Assembly: GCF_902652985.1 (NCBI RefSeq)
Contig: NC_047023.1
Span: 28,396,001 to 28,460,000 of the forward strand
From: Pecten maximus
Taxonomy: Eukaryota
Length of the DNA stretch: 64,000 bases
Direction of reading: 5' to 3'
The notes under the pieces were generated by a model that was not told where the DNA came from, did not search any database, and was given only the letters and a program-made list of their open reading frames with translations. Shown piece after piece: positions 14,501 through 27,512 of the stretch (position 1 is its first letter; each line of letters starts with the position of its first letter). Position numbers and translations under genes: made by a program.

Positions 14501-16887
14501 ACAGTCCGTCAGTTCAAACTTGTCTCGCCCTTCAGGTTTACTGGAGCCAGGTGAACAATCACCCAATACCAGTATTCATTCTGGCTATTCCGGCCAAATG
14601 GACACCTCAAAGTCAAAATTAGTGACTTCAGAGAAGCTCAATAAATCAGTTGAACTTGATGGTTCAAGACGCACCCTTCAGAATGATTCTTCATTTGAGC
14701 TTGAGCAGCCCGAGTTTTTGCCGTTGGACAAGAGTGACAGAGAATCAGTGCATTCAGGACTTCCAACACCTCAGTACCATTCAGACCACTCACTACCAAT
14801 CAGTAATGGACCTGAAACATCCTTTAAACTCGATCTGGGGTCTCCAGAGGCAGATGACTTGAATCAGTCAGATAATTCATGTCCAACATCAGCTAGAGCT
14901 TTAATGAAGTCCCGCATGGAAGGTCAGTCAAATGAAACTTGGGTTACAGTATTCCCTTCCAATCATAATAACTATATTAAGATAAAGAAAAAGTTAAAAG
15001 TAGATTATTGAATTATTTTGTTTAGGTGAAATGATCACAAATTATGTAACTGATATTTATTTTATACAAATATTTTACCTGGTGAGCTGAATATGACTTC
15101 ATTTGATACCACATGAACAATCCATTATCCATTTAGCTAAGTTTATTGGGACAGTACATGCAGATAAGGGTTCACTTAATATCAGTTCTACTGAGACATT
15201 GCTTTCAAATTTTACAATAGGATAGTCTAACAATAATGTAAAACAGATAAATTTAAAACCTAGATTAGAAAGAAAAATGTTGGGCATGGATAATTTCCAT
15301 TATATAAATGCTGTATGTGTTATACAGTGTCTGACATCTTACCGGAGGCTGACCAGCCAGAACCGGATCCCATGATGATGATGGTGGCCAGTCCGTTGTC
15401 TAAAGAGGTCAGGGACATGTGGAAGGAGGCAATTAAAGAAACGGATTCCCCAAGGTCTAAATTAGGGACACGGACCAATCTTTCCTTCACAGAGGAGACT
15501 GATACAGGTAAGATCAGGACAATTAAGAAGTTCACCTCACCAAAATGTCAGTACAGGGTATACAACCTATACAGACATGTACCTTGTTAAAGTTGGTACA
15601 CACTGACATACATCGGCTGTAGTCAGTGAGACGTAACCTAGCAATAGGGGGAGACATGTAGACAGTAAATCAGTATAACTAACTACAGTAACTTGTTGAG
15701 TTGAGGTGTTGTTTCTGAATATGGATGGTTGGCTGTAATAAGAATCAAATTAGAAGTAAATATAACCTATTACCATAGCCTTAGTATCGTTTCTGGTGGG
15801 TGATGAAACAAAAGTTTATAGAAATTTACATAAAGTTATTTCAACTGATAGATGTTTATGAAATTTCAAATTAACTTTTAATATGAATCTGTTGTGTAAT
15901 TGAGTGGTTTTTTTTATTAAAAGTAACCATTGGGTTAACACGAATAATTCTAGACTGAAAAGTATATTAATTGTAATTGAATAATGTAATGATGATTTAC
16001 ACATTTTAGTTCCAACTTCAAAAGGAATGGTGTTAGCACATGTCTATCAAAACTATCAATTAAAACTGTAGTTGAAATATAAATATTTTATGAATTATAT
16101 ACTGCCTACCAATATTAATATATCTTGAATTAGAATGATATATTACCTAAAAATCTATCTAAACTGACTGATTACAGGACCTAAGATTGACCTGGGAGGA
16201 GGAGGAGATGGCACCTTCCTTACGTTTGAAGGTTTAGGAGAAATAGATGGAGAACAACTAGATGACATCCAACTTCCAAACATGTCTATGGAGGAGATCA
16301 CAGATGGGATGCAGGGTCTGTTTGACGACCAATGGAGGTCACCTAAACTGGACCTCATCACAGGAGTCACAAGTCTGGACAGTGTACATACTGGAAGCCT
16401 CGGTGATAAAGTACATACCAAGCCCAACTTTCCTCTCACAGATGTAAAAGAAGACAATGACATCCTCATATCTCTCACCCCTCATCGACCAGTGATAGAC
16501 AACTCTCTGCATCTACAGACCAGCCCCTGGCTAGCTCAAGTGGACAAGGCGGCCACTGGACAGTGGTCAGGAGGTATTGATGATGATGTTGGTGCCGAGG
16601 ATGGCATTTTGTTACTAGAAGGACAAGAATTAGAACTAGTGGACGATTTAGATGATTCTTTTGTTCCACTAAAAGGAGGGTTCCAATTTGAAGGAGGAAC
16701 TCCAGGAAAATCTCCAGCAGCTATATCAAGGACTTCTGTTCCGACCGCCTCTAGTGTATCGGCCAGCAATTCTGTACCACATTCATTCAACATGCCTATC
16801 AGTGGAGGGTCATTGGACAGTGAAAATCTTACTGCCTGGCTTCAAAAACTCAAGCAAACTACAGCTAACATTCTAGGAGATTCATAA
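5531..16887 (+). CDS. HAUS6: HAUS augmin-like complex subunit 6 (about 1219 aa, 17 coding exons)
   Basis: Phase-consistent exons: 5531-5634, 5837-5932, 6183-6264, 6861-6990, 7121-7292, 7639-7746, 8053-8134, 8459-8632, 9263-9365, 11012-11214, 11734-11845, 12255-12390, 12725-12864, 13399(or 13402)-13650, 14047-14922, 15328-15507, 16178-16887 (3660 nt total). The N-terminus NLQLLGFD..NMFNLPNKKG..YFLF..EEFRDCWPVLDKQQEQQFRR..HFMSPGGDKF matches the HAUS6 N-terminal domain. A long Ser/Pro-rich tail follows. Confidence 0.92.
8653..8816 (+). repeat. Intronic tandem repeat, about 50-56-bp unit x3
   Basis: TGGAGTTTATTCAATCCTTTCTAGTTAACTTGTAGATCTGG(C/T)AGGTAAATG occurs three times. Confidence 0.9.
9330..10178 (+). 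repeat. 60-bp minisatellite (about 14 copies) overlapping a HAUS6 exon end and 5' splice site
   Basis: Unit TCTGTCTACATCTATATATAGAAAGGTCACACCAAG|GTAGGTAATACCACACTAATAGGG. The first copy is the coding end of exon 9263-9365. Confidence 0.95.
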
Positions 16888-19524
16888 TGATAATATGATT
16901 TAATATGCTGTACTATAATCTGACAGCTGTCTAAACTGTTACTGTGGAATCCAACAGACTGCTGTTTTTATTGCACACAGGGTGTTAGATTACACAGCAT
17001 CTATTATATAGAGCCACATAAAACATGATTTCTCATAGTGTCACCGTTAATTCATCATTATTTTTTTTCTGTAGATTGTCTAGTACCCAAAAATCTAAAG
17101 ATGTTTAAACTTTCTGTGATGGTTATCATTGTGAATGTCAAGGTCAGTGTTTCTAAAATAGGACAGGCTCATAGGACCTGAGAAGTAATGGGGATGTATC
17201 ATTTTAGAAATGAAATAGGACCCTTGCTTGACCTATCAGAAGTTCTTTTGTTTTTCTTTTTTTTTTATGAAAGATGTGAAGATGTTTGTTATTACGGAAT
17301 GTCCAAATGCTTTTTAAAAAGTTATTAGTCACAGTGCTGTCCATTTCATCTGTTTAACAATTGTATTACACAGGTCCATAAAGCAAACCTTATGTTTTAT
17401 GATAGCATTATTATTTGTATCATTATACATAACAATCATGCAGCATTAACCTGTATTTGGAGGAGTTTTAAACAATCAACTCTACAATTCAGAACAAAGA
17501 CCTGAGATTCTTTATTTCAAATTGTGCCCTTCTGTATGTATTCATTATTTCATTTATGAAAAATTTCTCAACTAATTATATATTGTGGGTGAAATGTACC
17601 ATAATCAAATTGTTTAACCCTGAAAAACAAGATATGATATATAATTTATGCCCATGCAGCTATTTATTCAGTTACTCTCTTAGTGTTCATGTTTGTAAAA
17701 ACTGTACATGTAGCATCACTACCATCATAGGAATTACAGCACATAATCCATAACAACTTAAAAAGACTGGCTTTGCTCTATTTCTTACGTTAGATTATAC
17801 AATGTATGCATTATTTTAACACATGATGTATTGAAATATTCAGACTATCATAACAATTTAAGAAGACTGCAGGCTCTGCTCCATTTCACGATGATGACTT
17901 ACAGACGATGTTCTGCATTCTTTGATACTCCTGGTATCCTGCTCTGAAGCCTCTGCCAATGTCATCAGATGGTATCCTGTCCCATTTAGATGTTTCGACC
18001 CTAAACCACAACATCCTCCAACTGGTGGGTCAGCAGTGTTGGCTGATCAAACCACTAATTGTCTGTGTTAGCTTCCGCATTGTCTTGTTGTTGCCATAGC
18101 CAGCACGTTGCACTTTTGAAAGCTCCATCAAACGTTTAATGTCTGCACTGAAACACTGATATGCTCATAAAACCCTCTCCTTACAATGAACACTGTATGC
18201 ATAATCTCAATACGCATACATGTGATATTTGTGTATTTGATAATAGACTTTCCTTCCTGTTTGTTTATATTAGCTGTTAAAATAGTCATTTGTCGCCTAT
18301 GCATTCCACTGCTAGTGAGTAAACAATGAAATTTCAACCAGAGAAAAAAGATTAAATGAAATTAAACAATATATTTGATTAGATATATGCTCTGTACACA
18401 AAGACCAGGCTTATTGGTGGGAAAATTCCAAAGAAAACATTACTTTCATAGAGCATGGGTATATAAATAACCAGTAATCTGTAATACGTTTTTACTTTAC
18501 AATTCGTTATATTTAATATTTTATTGATATTACTTAGAAGTAATGTTCATCTTTTGCTACCAGATGTATTCTTGTTCAGATAGCTACTTGGTAGTAATGA
18601 TTTATAACAAACTTTTATATTAGCAACGAATTTATAATATGTGTAATTAATATTACATAGGGAAAGTAAAACTAGACACAATGTTGCGGGTATTAATCTC
18701 AAGTAAAATATTTTTTGAGTTTTCTATTGCACTTAATAATGGTCACAATATAGGATATAGTCTTAATTCGAGAGTTAGCATTTATTGGTATTTCTACTGA
18801 TCTACAATACAAGTAGTTTGACTTATAATCATAAATAGTTATATTTCTTGGATTATACAGCAGAAAGATCCATTCTGCCATGTCTTGAATATTCTACGCA
18901 TTTAACATATCTTATACAGGACCAGCCTTCAGATCAGGCTGTCAACATATAACAGTCTCAGAATTATCCACTTTTGGAATTTCCTCTTTAGATCCAGGTT
19001 TAGTCCTCTTTTTTTTCTTTGTTTTTCCCTTAAATCCCTGGAATGAATATGTTTCAATTACACATCAACTTTTATATTCAAACTTACTCTAGTTGACAGA
19101 AAGGCCAAATCACAGAACTTCAATGAAATTTCCTTAGTATTTATATGACTTCTTTTTTTAAAAATCACCATGTCATAAAATGCTTTTAAGTTATTGGTTG
19201 TTATTTTATTGTTTTTATACCCTAGGGTAGAATCCAAATTGTTACGTGATAATCAGTTCGATTACAAGTTACAAATAATTGTATATAGCACTCTAGCTGC
19301 CTTGAAAATCATACGAAATATTTGAATATGTTTTAGCCATTCTGCCAGTGTCATTGTGGATGAAGTGCATTCATCAAGCCATGAAAAATCTGCATACTTT
19401 TAGGCATTAAAATATTAAAACTTGTTTTGTGTTGAATCTTGTTGTCAATTGCAAAATGCATTTACGTATACATGTACAGTGGTTTGGTAAAAACCACACT
19501 TTAATTGCATCAGTTTTTAGACTT

Positions 19525-20357
19525 ATTATATCCTCCACTTTATTAAAGGGTATATATAGTAATCATTTTGTAATTATACAGTAATCATTTTATCATTATA
19601 CCCTCCACTTAAGTAAAGGGGATATATAGTAATCACCTTGTCATTATATCCTCCACTTTAGTAAAGGGTATATATAGTAATCACCTTGTCATTATACCCT
19701 CCACTTTAGTAAAGGGGATATATAGTAATCACCTTGTCATTATATCCTCCAATTTAGTAAAGGGGATATATAGTAATCATTTTGTCATTATACAGTAATC
19801 ATTTTGTCATTATACCCTCCACTAGTAAAGGGGATATATAGTAATCACTTTGTCATTATACCCTCCACTTTAGTAAAGGGTATATATAGTAATCATTTTG
19901 TCATTATATCCTCCACTTTAGTAAAGGGGATATATAGTAATCACTTTGTCATTATACCCTCCACTTTAGTAAAAGGGATATATAGTAATCATTTTGTCAT
20001 TATATCCTCCACTTTAGTAAAGGGGATATATAGTAATCACTTTGTCATTATACCCTCCACTTTAGTAAAAGGGATATATAGTAATCACTTTGTCATTATA
20101 CCCTCCACTTTAGTAAAGGGTAAATATAGTAATCACCTTGTCATTATATCCTCCACTTTAGTAAAGGGTATATATAGTAATCACTTTGTCATTATATCCT
20201 CCACTTTAGTAAAGGGTATTATTATATAGTAATCATTTTGTCATTATATCCTCCACTTTAGTAAAGGGGATATATAGTAATCATTTCGTCTTTATATCCT
20301 CCACTTAAGTAAAGGGTATATATAGTAATCATTTCGTCTTTATACCCTCCACTTTAG
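19525..20357 (+). repeat. 48-bp minisatellite (about 17 copies)
   Basis: Unit TCATTATA(C/T)CCTCCACTTTAGTAAAGGGGATATATAGTAATCA(C/T)TTTG. It accounts for the repetitive ORF 19804-20229. Confidence 0.95.
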
Positions 20358-20441
20358 TTGTACTTGAAGTGAACATACAGCTGTATACTCCTTTCACATG
20401 CCCGATTTCATGGTCACTGTTGAGTCAAATCTCTATTACCC

Positions 20442-21202
20442 TTTTTAGCTTACCTGTACCAAAGGTCTGGTGAGCTTATGCCTTGGTGTGATGTCTGTCG
20501 TCCATCTGTCAACATTTTCTTTAAATCGCTACTTGTCTTAAACTACTTGGCCAGTTTTAACCAAATTTGATCAGGAACATCCTTGGAGGAAGGGGATAAA
20601 TATTGCCTCGGATTCCCTCAGGGGCTGAGAGACGGGCCCCATAGGGGAAATAGAACTCAGTCATTTAAATCGCTACTACCTTGTAGTCATAATTTAAAAT
20701 ATTGATTCTGACCCCAAGAGGCAGCGCCCAATAGGGAAAATAGAGGTTAGTCCTTTAAATTGCTACTAGTCCTGAACAACTAAATGGATTTTCGTGAATG
20801 GCCTGGAGCACCATTTGGAAGAGGAGATCTAATGTTGTGTAAATGGAGGGTATGGTACCCTTGGGGCCAAATAGTGGATATTGAGGTGAATCCTTTAAAT
20901 CGTTACTTGCTTACATGTAAACTCCACCCAATAACCACATATAGCATTGCAGGGCATCAATTAAGAGGTAAACACAATCCTGTTATAAACGTAGGCCCTG
21001 AGGTCTTTCCCCAACCCTAGGGACTTTGGTTTCTTTGATATATCTTTGAAACCATTGATGTCCCCACCCCATAACCATATATAACATTGTTTAACATCAA
21101 CAAATATAGATATTAGCAAATTGAACATGAACATTTGTCATTATTTTGACATTTGGTCAAATCAAACTAGGTGAGAGATACAGGACCTCTGGGCCTCTTG
21201 TT
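20442..21202 (+). mobile_element. HINE/Helentron-associated non-autonomous element
   Basis: 5' TTTTTAGCTTACCTG...GGTGAGCT inverted sub-terminal pair, then a degenerate (GTCC/GTCT) tract, internal TTTAAATCGCTACT-containing repeats, and a 3' AGGTGAG..GGACCTCTGGGCCTCTTGTT hairpin end. This is the usual HINE layout. Confidence 0.7.
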
Positions 21203-22227
21203 AACTGCTAGTACACCTACCCAGATCCAATCTCGTGTAATTCAATTAGCAAATGACCCTTAGAGGCTGTATAGCAATACCTGCATGTTTTGTTTGATGG
21301 CCTGACCAAATTTTGCTTATGCCATGGTCGAACTCTCTGGCATGAACTTTTTTTCAAACAACTTCTTCAAAAGAACCATTTGGTATATGTATGATATACA
21401 TGTATTTGGATATAGATCATCATGGAAAAGGGGAAAAAAACAACCTTGACCAATATATTCAAGGTCACAGACAGGAGTTTACTTTGTTCAAATTCTCACT
21501 ATCCCAATAAACTAAAAAGACTTGGTTATAGTTAGTTCATGATTTTTTTTAAACATGTTACAAAATCGGTATTGTTATCTAAAGCTCTGATCATTTATTC
21601 AATGCCTCTTTCCCCATGTCTAAAACTATGTTGATTTTGTACATGAAAATAAACCATGTGCAGATGTGTTGTCGGTGGAATTTAATTTTGCCCCACAACA
21701 GAAGATTGGAAGGTGATATTGTAATTGTAGTGGACCATTCAATCCTCACACACTGCCTTCTTGTCATGGGTGTTTGCTTTGTATTTCTTTCCAGGATGAA
21801 AAGATCAAACTTTCCACTGCTTTGTTATATTGAAATGCTTGTTCAGGATTTCTTTTTGGATTAAAAGGTTAAGGGAACAGCTACTACAATTAGAAACTTA
21901 GTTTCCAGACAATGACATATTCTCATGGGGAATAATTAAACGTTGCTTCCTTATTGGGACAGTGTGTTTTGTGATTTCTTCTGGAGTCAAAAGGACAATG
22001 AAACAATCAAGGTGACTGGTATCATTCGGCCACAACCCCCAAATTCTTCACAGTGGTACTACAGTATGGCATTTGTCGGTCACACACTTTTCATCTTTGG
22101 GGTATCAAGAGATTTGATAGCCATCATAATTGTGAAGTTGCTGTCAAAGGTAGTAAAAACTCTAAAGATAAAACATTTTTTAAAAATATTTTATTAAAAA
22201 AAAAAATGAAAATATGATGTACATAAT

Positions 22228-25200
22228 TTAATTTTTCTTCGTCTTGGGCTGATCATATCGACTTTTGCTTCTATAAAAGAGTAGGAATGGAATAACCAGT
22301 GATGGAAGTGTCATTACAGCAAACACGCACCAGTCCAGCTGAAAAGGAAAATGACGTTGTTAGTCGGTATACAAGTGATTTCAATTTCATAGCAATGTAG
22401 ACCACAGCTTAGATGAAATTCCACATAAGAAAAATAAGTACAATGGAATAAATTAAGTCTCATGAATCTGAATCAGAAAACCAACTTAGGTAGAGAACAA
22501 ACTTTTAATTATTGGGCCAAATTATGAATAGAGATTTATATATAGAAAAGGGACATTATTCTTATCAAATACCCAGACAAGTTAAAAAGTACAACCTTTT
22601 GTAAAAGTTTCATAAAAAATAGTCAATAAGGTTTATAGGAGTACTTGGGACAAAATAAATGTAAAATATGAGGATATCAAACAAAAAAAATAGATTGTCA
22701 AAATTAGTTGAGGCTGAAGCAGCATTGTTTTTAAAACTTTCATCCTTTCAGAAACATTCTTCTTGTAAGGATGGTATATATATTCACAGTTTATAATAGA
22801 AGAACATAGAATACAACAGGTCAAAATCATATTAACAAGTGGGTTCTAAAAATTCCAAACAAATACACTTTCTGGTAGGAATTTTTGCACCAAAACTATC
22901 CCTATAGCCTTTTGAGGTACAGATATTAAAAAGGATCCCACATTAGTTTAAGGAATTCCATTCAAATTATACATTAAGACCCCATTTATGAATTAGCTAC
23001 TACTGTGGTTATCATCGGTCATAGTTCTAACATATCACAATCAAACTTACAACATGAGGGGAGAAACGTCTGTCGTATTCTTTGCTGTTAACAATACCGC
23101 CCTCTCCAGGTGCACTGGTATATCCAAACTGTAAAGCAATTTTTAATGAAATAATTATTTTTTAAACAGACAGCATTTGAATTTTGAATCAAACGAATAG
23201 AAATATTTGAAATAATTTCCATAATATTTTCAAATGGCTATCGGTTGACTGTTCAAATAATATACATGTACTGAGGTATATATACAATGTACAATTGTAT
23301 ATACAGTAATACCGCTATATAATTATCATGAAAAAAAAAATTGTCACGTACGTTCCTTCAGTTTAAAAAAAAAACAAAAACAAAAACAGTTACCTTATCT
23401 TGAACTAAAACACTGAGCACTTATTGATCGTTAACATCAGAACACCTACCACAGCCTCTTTAGCATCTTCAGAGTCCTTGTAGCTGACCTCACCAGAGGT
23501 GAAGTTGAAGTAGCCATATTGAAGAGGTCTAAGGATGACGGAATGTGTCACATTGGTGCCACTATGCTTCAGTTAAGAAAAATTTACTGCCATTTGGATT
23601 TCTTTTTAAGGTATAACAAATGCAAATAATGATTTTTGCAGTCTTCAGCTATTTCAAGTGATCTGTTTGCGCTGCCTATAAAAACTTACATGTAGTTTCA
23701 GACTGTATGGACAATGCGATTCAAACATATCCAATCCCCTAACTCTATTGTGAGGGAATAGTTACTATTCCTTTTCATATCTGTTGTTTTTAATATTTTT
23801 ATTTAAACCTCAAAACAGTAAAGGATACGGAGCAATTCTCTCCCAGCGAACATTCAGGTTACCACGGACAACCTCAAAGTCAGCCTCTGGGAACCCATCA
23901 TCCTTCAAGTTGACGTCCAGGGCAGCACTGAATAAAATAAAACGGGTTAATATATAACAAAGACATAAGGTTATATCTGATTTAAGTGTCTCCTCGGTCC
24001 AAACTGTAAATCATATCTACATCGACTCGTAAATCGAAATTTGTTATTTAGAACAAGTTTTTCAAAGTTCTTATTTATGACCCAGTGTTAGCTCTGGGTC
24101 TGAACTTGTTATGCTGAAAGCAATTTGCCTGTCAGAAAGCTGTCAATATTTTGTAGAGTGGGTGATGAATATTCCTAATTTCCTACCAATATCTATTGAT
24201 AAGAATAAGAAATAATGCAAAATTACTTTGATCCAATGCATTCTATAACTTTTGAAATAAGGTTCATTTTTTTTAGTTGAATGTTAATTTTATCTCAATA
24301 TTTATACAATTTTATGCTATGTTTATATCTAATAATTTAAAACCAAACTTATTCATCCAGGAGCAATGATAGAAAAAGTTGACATTGTCTTTTTATTTCA
24401 AATGGTCAATATTGTGATTTAGGAAGCAAACAAAAAAGGGGATAATGAGAAACATTTCAATTCCGTTATCAAACCAAAGTACCTAATTTTTTTTTCTATT
24501 CACAAGGAGCTTTTTGTGCATGAAAAATGAGACTTGTAAAGTAATTATATTTTGTTATGAAAAACTTGTAAATGTAATATAGGTCTCCCTCTTTTCCTTA
24601 AATAAACGATAATTATCAATTAACTTAATTTGTATTACATGATGTACTACTTGTTCTTCTTTGGCATATAACACGTCTCTTATAATGTTCTTTAATTTTC
24701 CTTTTGACCAACATTGAAATCCAGATATTTCATGACAGTTTCAGACTTTGTATTATTATTGTTGCCCAATTCAATATGGCCAACCTTCATACCAAAGCTG
24801 TTAGTCTAGGGTAGCTAAAAACAGCAAATGTTTGGAGTCTTTTATGTACATAATCGAGCAAGTGCCTAAATGTCATGAGTTAGAAGGTATATCTGCCAAT
24901 GAAGAAACAGGCAGTAGAAACCTCTCTTTTAGAACTTTTTTTCAACTCTTGCTAATGCAATTTTAAACCTTAAAAATCGCCATATGCTTTTTGTTATCAC
25001 TATTGGTGCTGCTATCGACCAACAGAGGGAGTCCTGTGACTCTCATTAAAATATGTAGTACAGCTGTGTATGTAATCTATGTCACTAAAATGTTCCAATA
25101 AAATCAGAATGAGAAAAATAACTGAGCATGTTAAACTAATTTTCATCATCACTCCATCCATGTTATTTTATTTGATCTTCTGCAATTGTATTTCAATGCT

Positions 25201-25508
25201 AACAGTAGTACACTGTACATGTATTCAGTTCAGGAATATTCCCCTTCGAAAAGCAATTTTTTTCAAAATGTTATTTTTTATTTGATATGAAGTTCAATTT
25301 AACTTTTTATGAGCATATCGTTTTTAATGTTTTCAGTGTCTATTGTTTACCTTCCTCCAGTATTATAAATGCTGTATTGCACTGTGAGATCCCTGCCTTC
25401 AACCAAATATTGGTTCAATATGTTCTTAGACGCTAACAATCGAGCGTTGTCCCCATTACAGCACAGGACCGAACAAAAAGCAGCAAGCACTGCCAACCAA
25501 AGCTTCAT
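22228..25508 (-). CDS. SSR2: Translocon-associated protein subunit beta (185 aa)
   Basis: Exons 25508-25351, 23927-23829, 23561-23450, 23128-23051, 22338-22228 (558 nt). Translation: [139 protein letters not shown] on the minus strand at 22195-22190. Confidence 0.96.
23562..23828 (-). other. U12-type (minor spliceosome) GT-AG intron in SSR2
   Basis: Donor GTATCCTTT (23828-23820). Branch site TTCTTAAC (23579-23572) lies about 10 nt from the terminal AG, with no polypyrimidine tract. Confidence 0.9.
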
Positions 25509-25993
25509 CTGAAAAAAATAAACCCGTTTATAATTAAACATCTTCAGTTCACCATGCTATCAAGTAGGCCTACTGTAGAGCTTAAAGGAATCAATTTACG
25601 ACCCAACCATTCTGACAATATTGGGTGGATACCGCGTCGAGTTTATCTTACAGTAAACTGCACTTAAGAGATAACTTTCCTATAATATTGAAAAATAAAA
25701 GCATACCAAGTATAACTGACCACAGTATCATTATTCCGTTTCCTTTCCATATTTTAAATAAATGAACCATATACAAAGGCGATACAACATTGTAAATAGC
25801 CACGTATGCAAACAACCAGTTATATGTAAAGTTGACATTATCTTTTCGCGTTCATAATCAATTTACGAGATTAGCGAGCGAAAGAGAAATTAATAATGAT
25901 AAAATATGTCACAAATATATTCTGCCTGAAAAATACAACAAAATGCGTCCTATTTCGTAGTGAAAAGGCGAAAAATTCGTCTAGAAAAAGTAC

Positions 25994-26030
25994 CTTGCTA
26001 ACCGGCATCAACCCAAGGCGGAAAAGGAAG
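25994..26030 (-). promoter_or_regulatory. Probable non-coding SSR2 exon 1 starting with a polypyrimidine (TCT/TOP-like) motif
   Basis: The minus strand reads CTTCCTTTTCCGCC...AGCAAG|GTACTT. The ATG at 25508 directly follows an acceptor, so an upstream exon is expected. Confidence 0.55.
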
Positions 26031-26509
26031 TTGGAAGTTCGATTCAGCGCATTGGTGCTTTTGGGGGCGATACGTGTCGCGGTAAATAATCTTTCAGATT
26101 TCATGACAAAAAAAGCGAAACGCACTGAAAGGGCATTATGATGTCAATGTGCATTGGTTAGGAGATCAACGATAAAAGATGTGTACGATGCAAAGTAAAA
26201 ATTTCATTACGATTTAAATACTGAATTCGAAATTGATGTTTGAAAAAAATCTGGATGATTAATCGTATCGGAGATTTATATAAATAATAGTCACATTATA
26301 AGCCCGGTAATCTACGAGTCCCAAGTTTTAGTTTTTTTTATGTCCTGTAGAAAAAATGTTTTTCTACTTGTATAACCACAGGGGCTTGACACGTATGCTC
26401 TTATTGACTCAGAATGAAAAATTAACCGTAGGGTGCGTCAAAAAGATATTGACAAATGCTCTGTCTTTCTGGGACATAGGAACGTAACTTGTCAAGCATC
26501 TATGAGTTC

Positions 26510-26642
26510 ACAGGCGTCTGCTACTGGTTAGTATAATTAGAAACAATATTAGCCGCTACTCCTACTTTATCATATACAGGATATAGCAGGAGTAAAGGCA
26601 AATATTTTTATTCTATAAATACTAACCAGAACCAGACGCCTA
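26510..26642. mobile_element. Imperfect hairpin (MITE-like remnant)
   Basis: Inverted arms AGGCGTCTGCTACTGGTTAGTAT and ATACTAACCAGAACCAGACGCCT. Confidence 0.55.
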
Positions 26643-27512
26643 TGGTTTTAGGGTCCACTTGTAAAAGTTCGTTTTGTTAAAATGTCCACTATTGATTTGA
26701 TTCTACTTCATATAATTTATCACAAATGAATGCACTGTGTGTAGACTACATACTTTTTAGTATAAATTACGGACGGGGTGCTGCTTTAATATTTACATAC
26801 AGAAATGCATTATTTGTGTCTGAAATGGCGGCTACAGATACTGGAATCGTTAAAAAAAAATCATGATTTGAAAGGAATTACTACCTTGACATAAAATGAT
26901 AACCTACCCGTTATTGTCTGGTAGTCAAAACCTGTCTATGTCTGCGCTTAAATGTTTATTCATTTTACACTTTTTTCATCGTGGAATTATTATTATCGAA
27001 TTCGAAGTCTGTCTACTTTGGGGTCATGTGTATGTATATATATATCAAACAAACAAAAAATGTCCCTTTTTCCCTATTTGTGTTTAGTAAAATTTGTATT
27101 CTGGTTTGGGTATGGAGATATGAAAGTCACCGTTGAAAAGGAGTTATAGAGACAAGATTGATTGTTTACGGTTGGCCCATGGGTAGATCGTCTCTAGATC
27201 TGCACGTGTACGCGCACAGAGCGTGCACCTTGCCGTGTCTGAGTGACTGTCGAATAGCTATACACCGGTAAGGAAAGCCCGTCTGGATGTTAATTGTCCG
27301 TAGTTACAGGTACATATACAAGTGTGTACTATTTGATTTCGGTAAGTGTTTCTGTGTTAGAACTTAGACGTTAAAATTAATATCCAACTCGATTTTTTTG
27401 GAATGTGCTATATTATGTTGTAGTTACCTCCCTTAGAACGTCAAATCCATGCCAGCAACCAACGAAAATATCAATCGATTGATACGTAAAGCGTATGTTT
27501 TTGCAGTGAAGC

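Noticed and set aside
17860-18128. More GC-rich stretch with short minus-strand reading frames
   Set aside because: Frames are short and interrupted with no recognisable domain; it may be a decayed transposon fragment or UTR.
19804-20229. 141-aa repetitive ORF (likewise 49729-50199 and the ORFs in 57748-59027)
   Set aside because: These are translations of the 48-bp, 33-bp and 155-bp tandem repeats.
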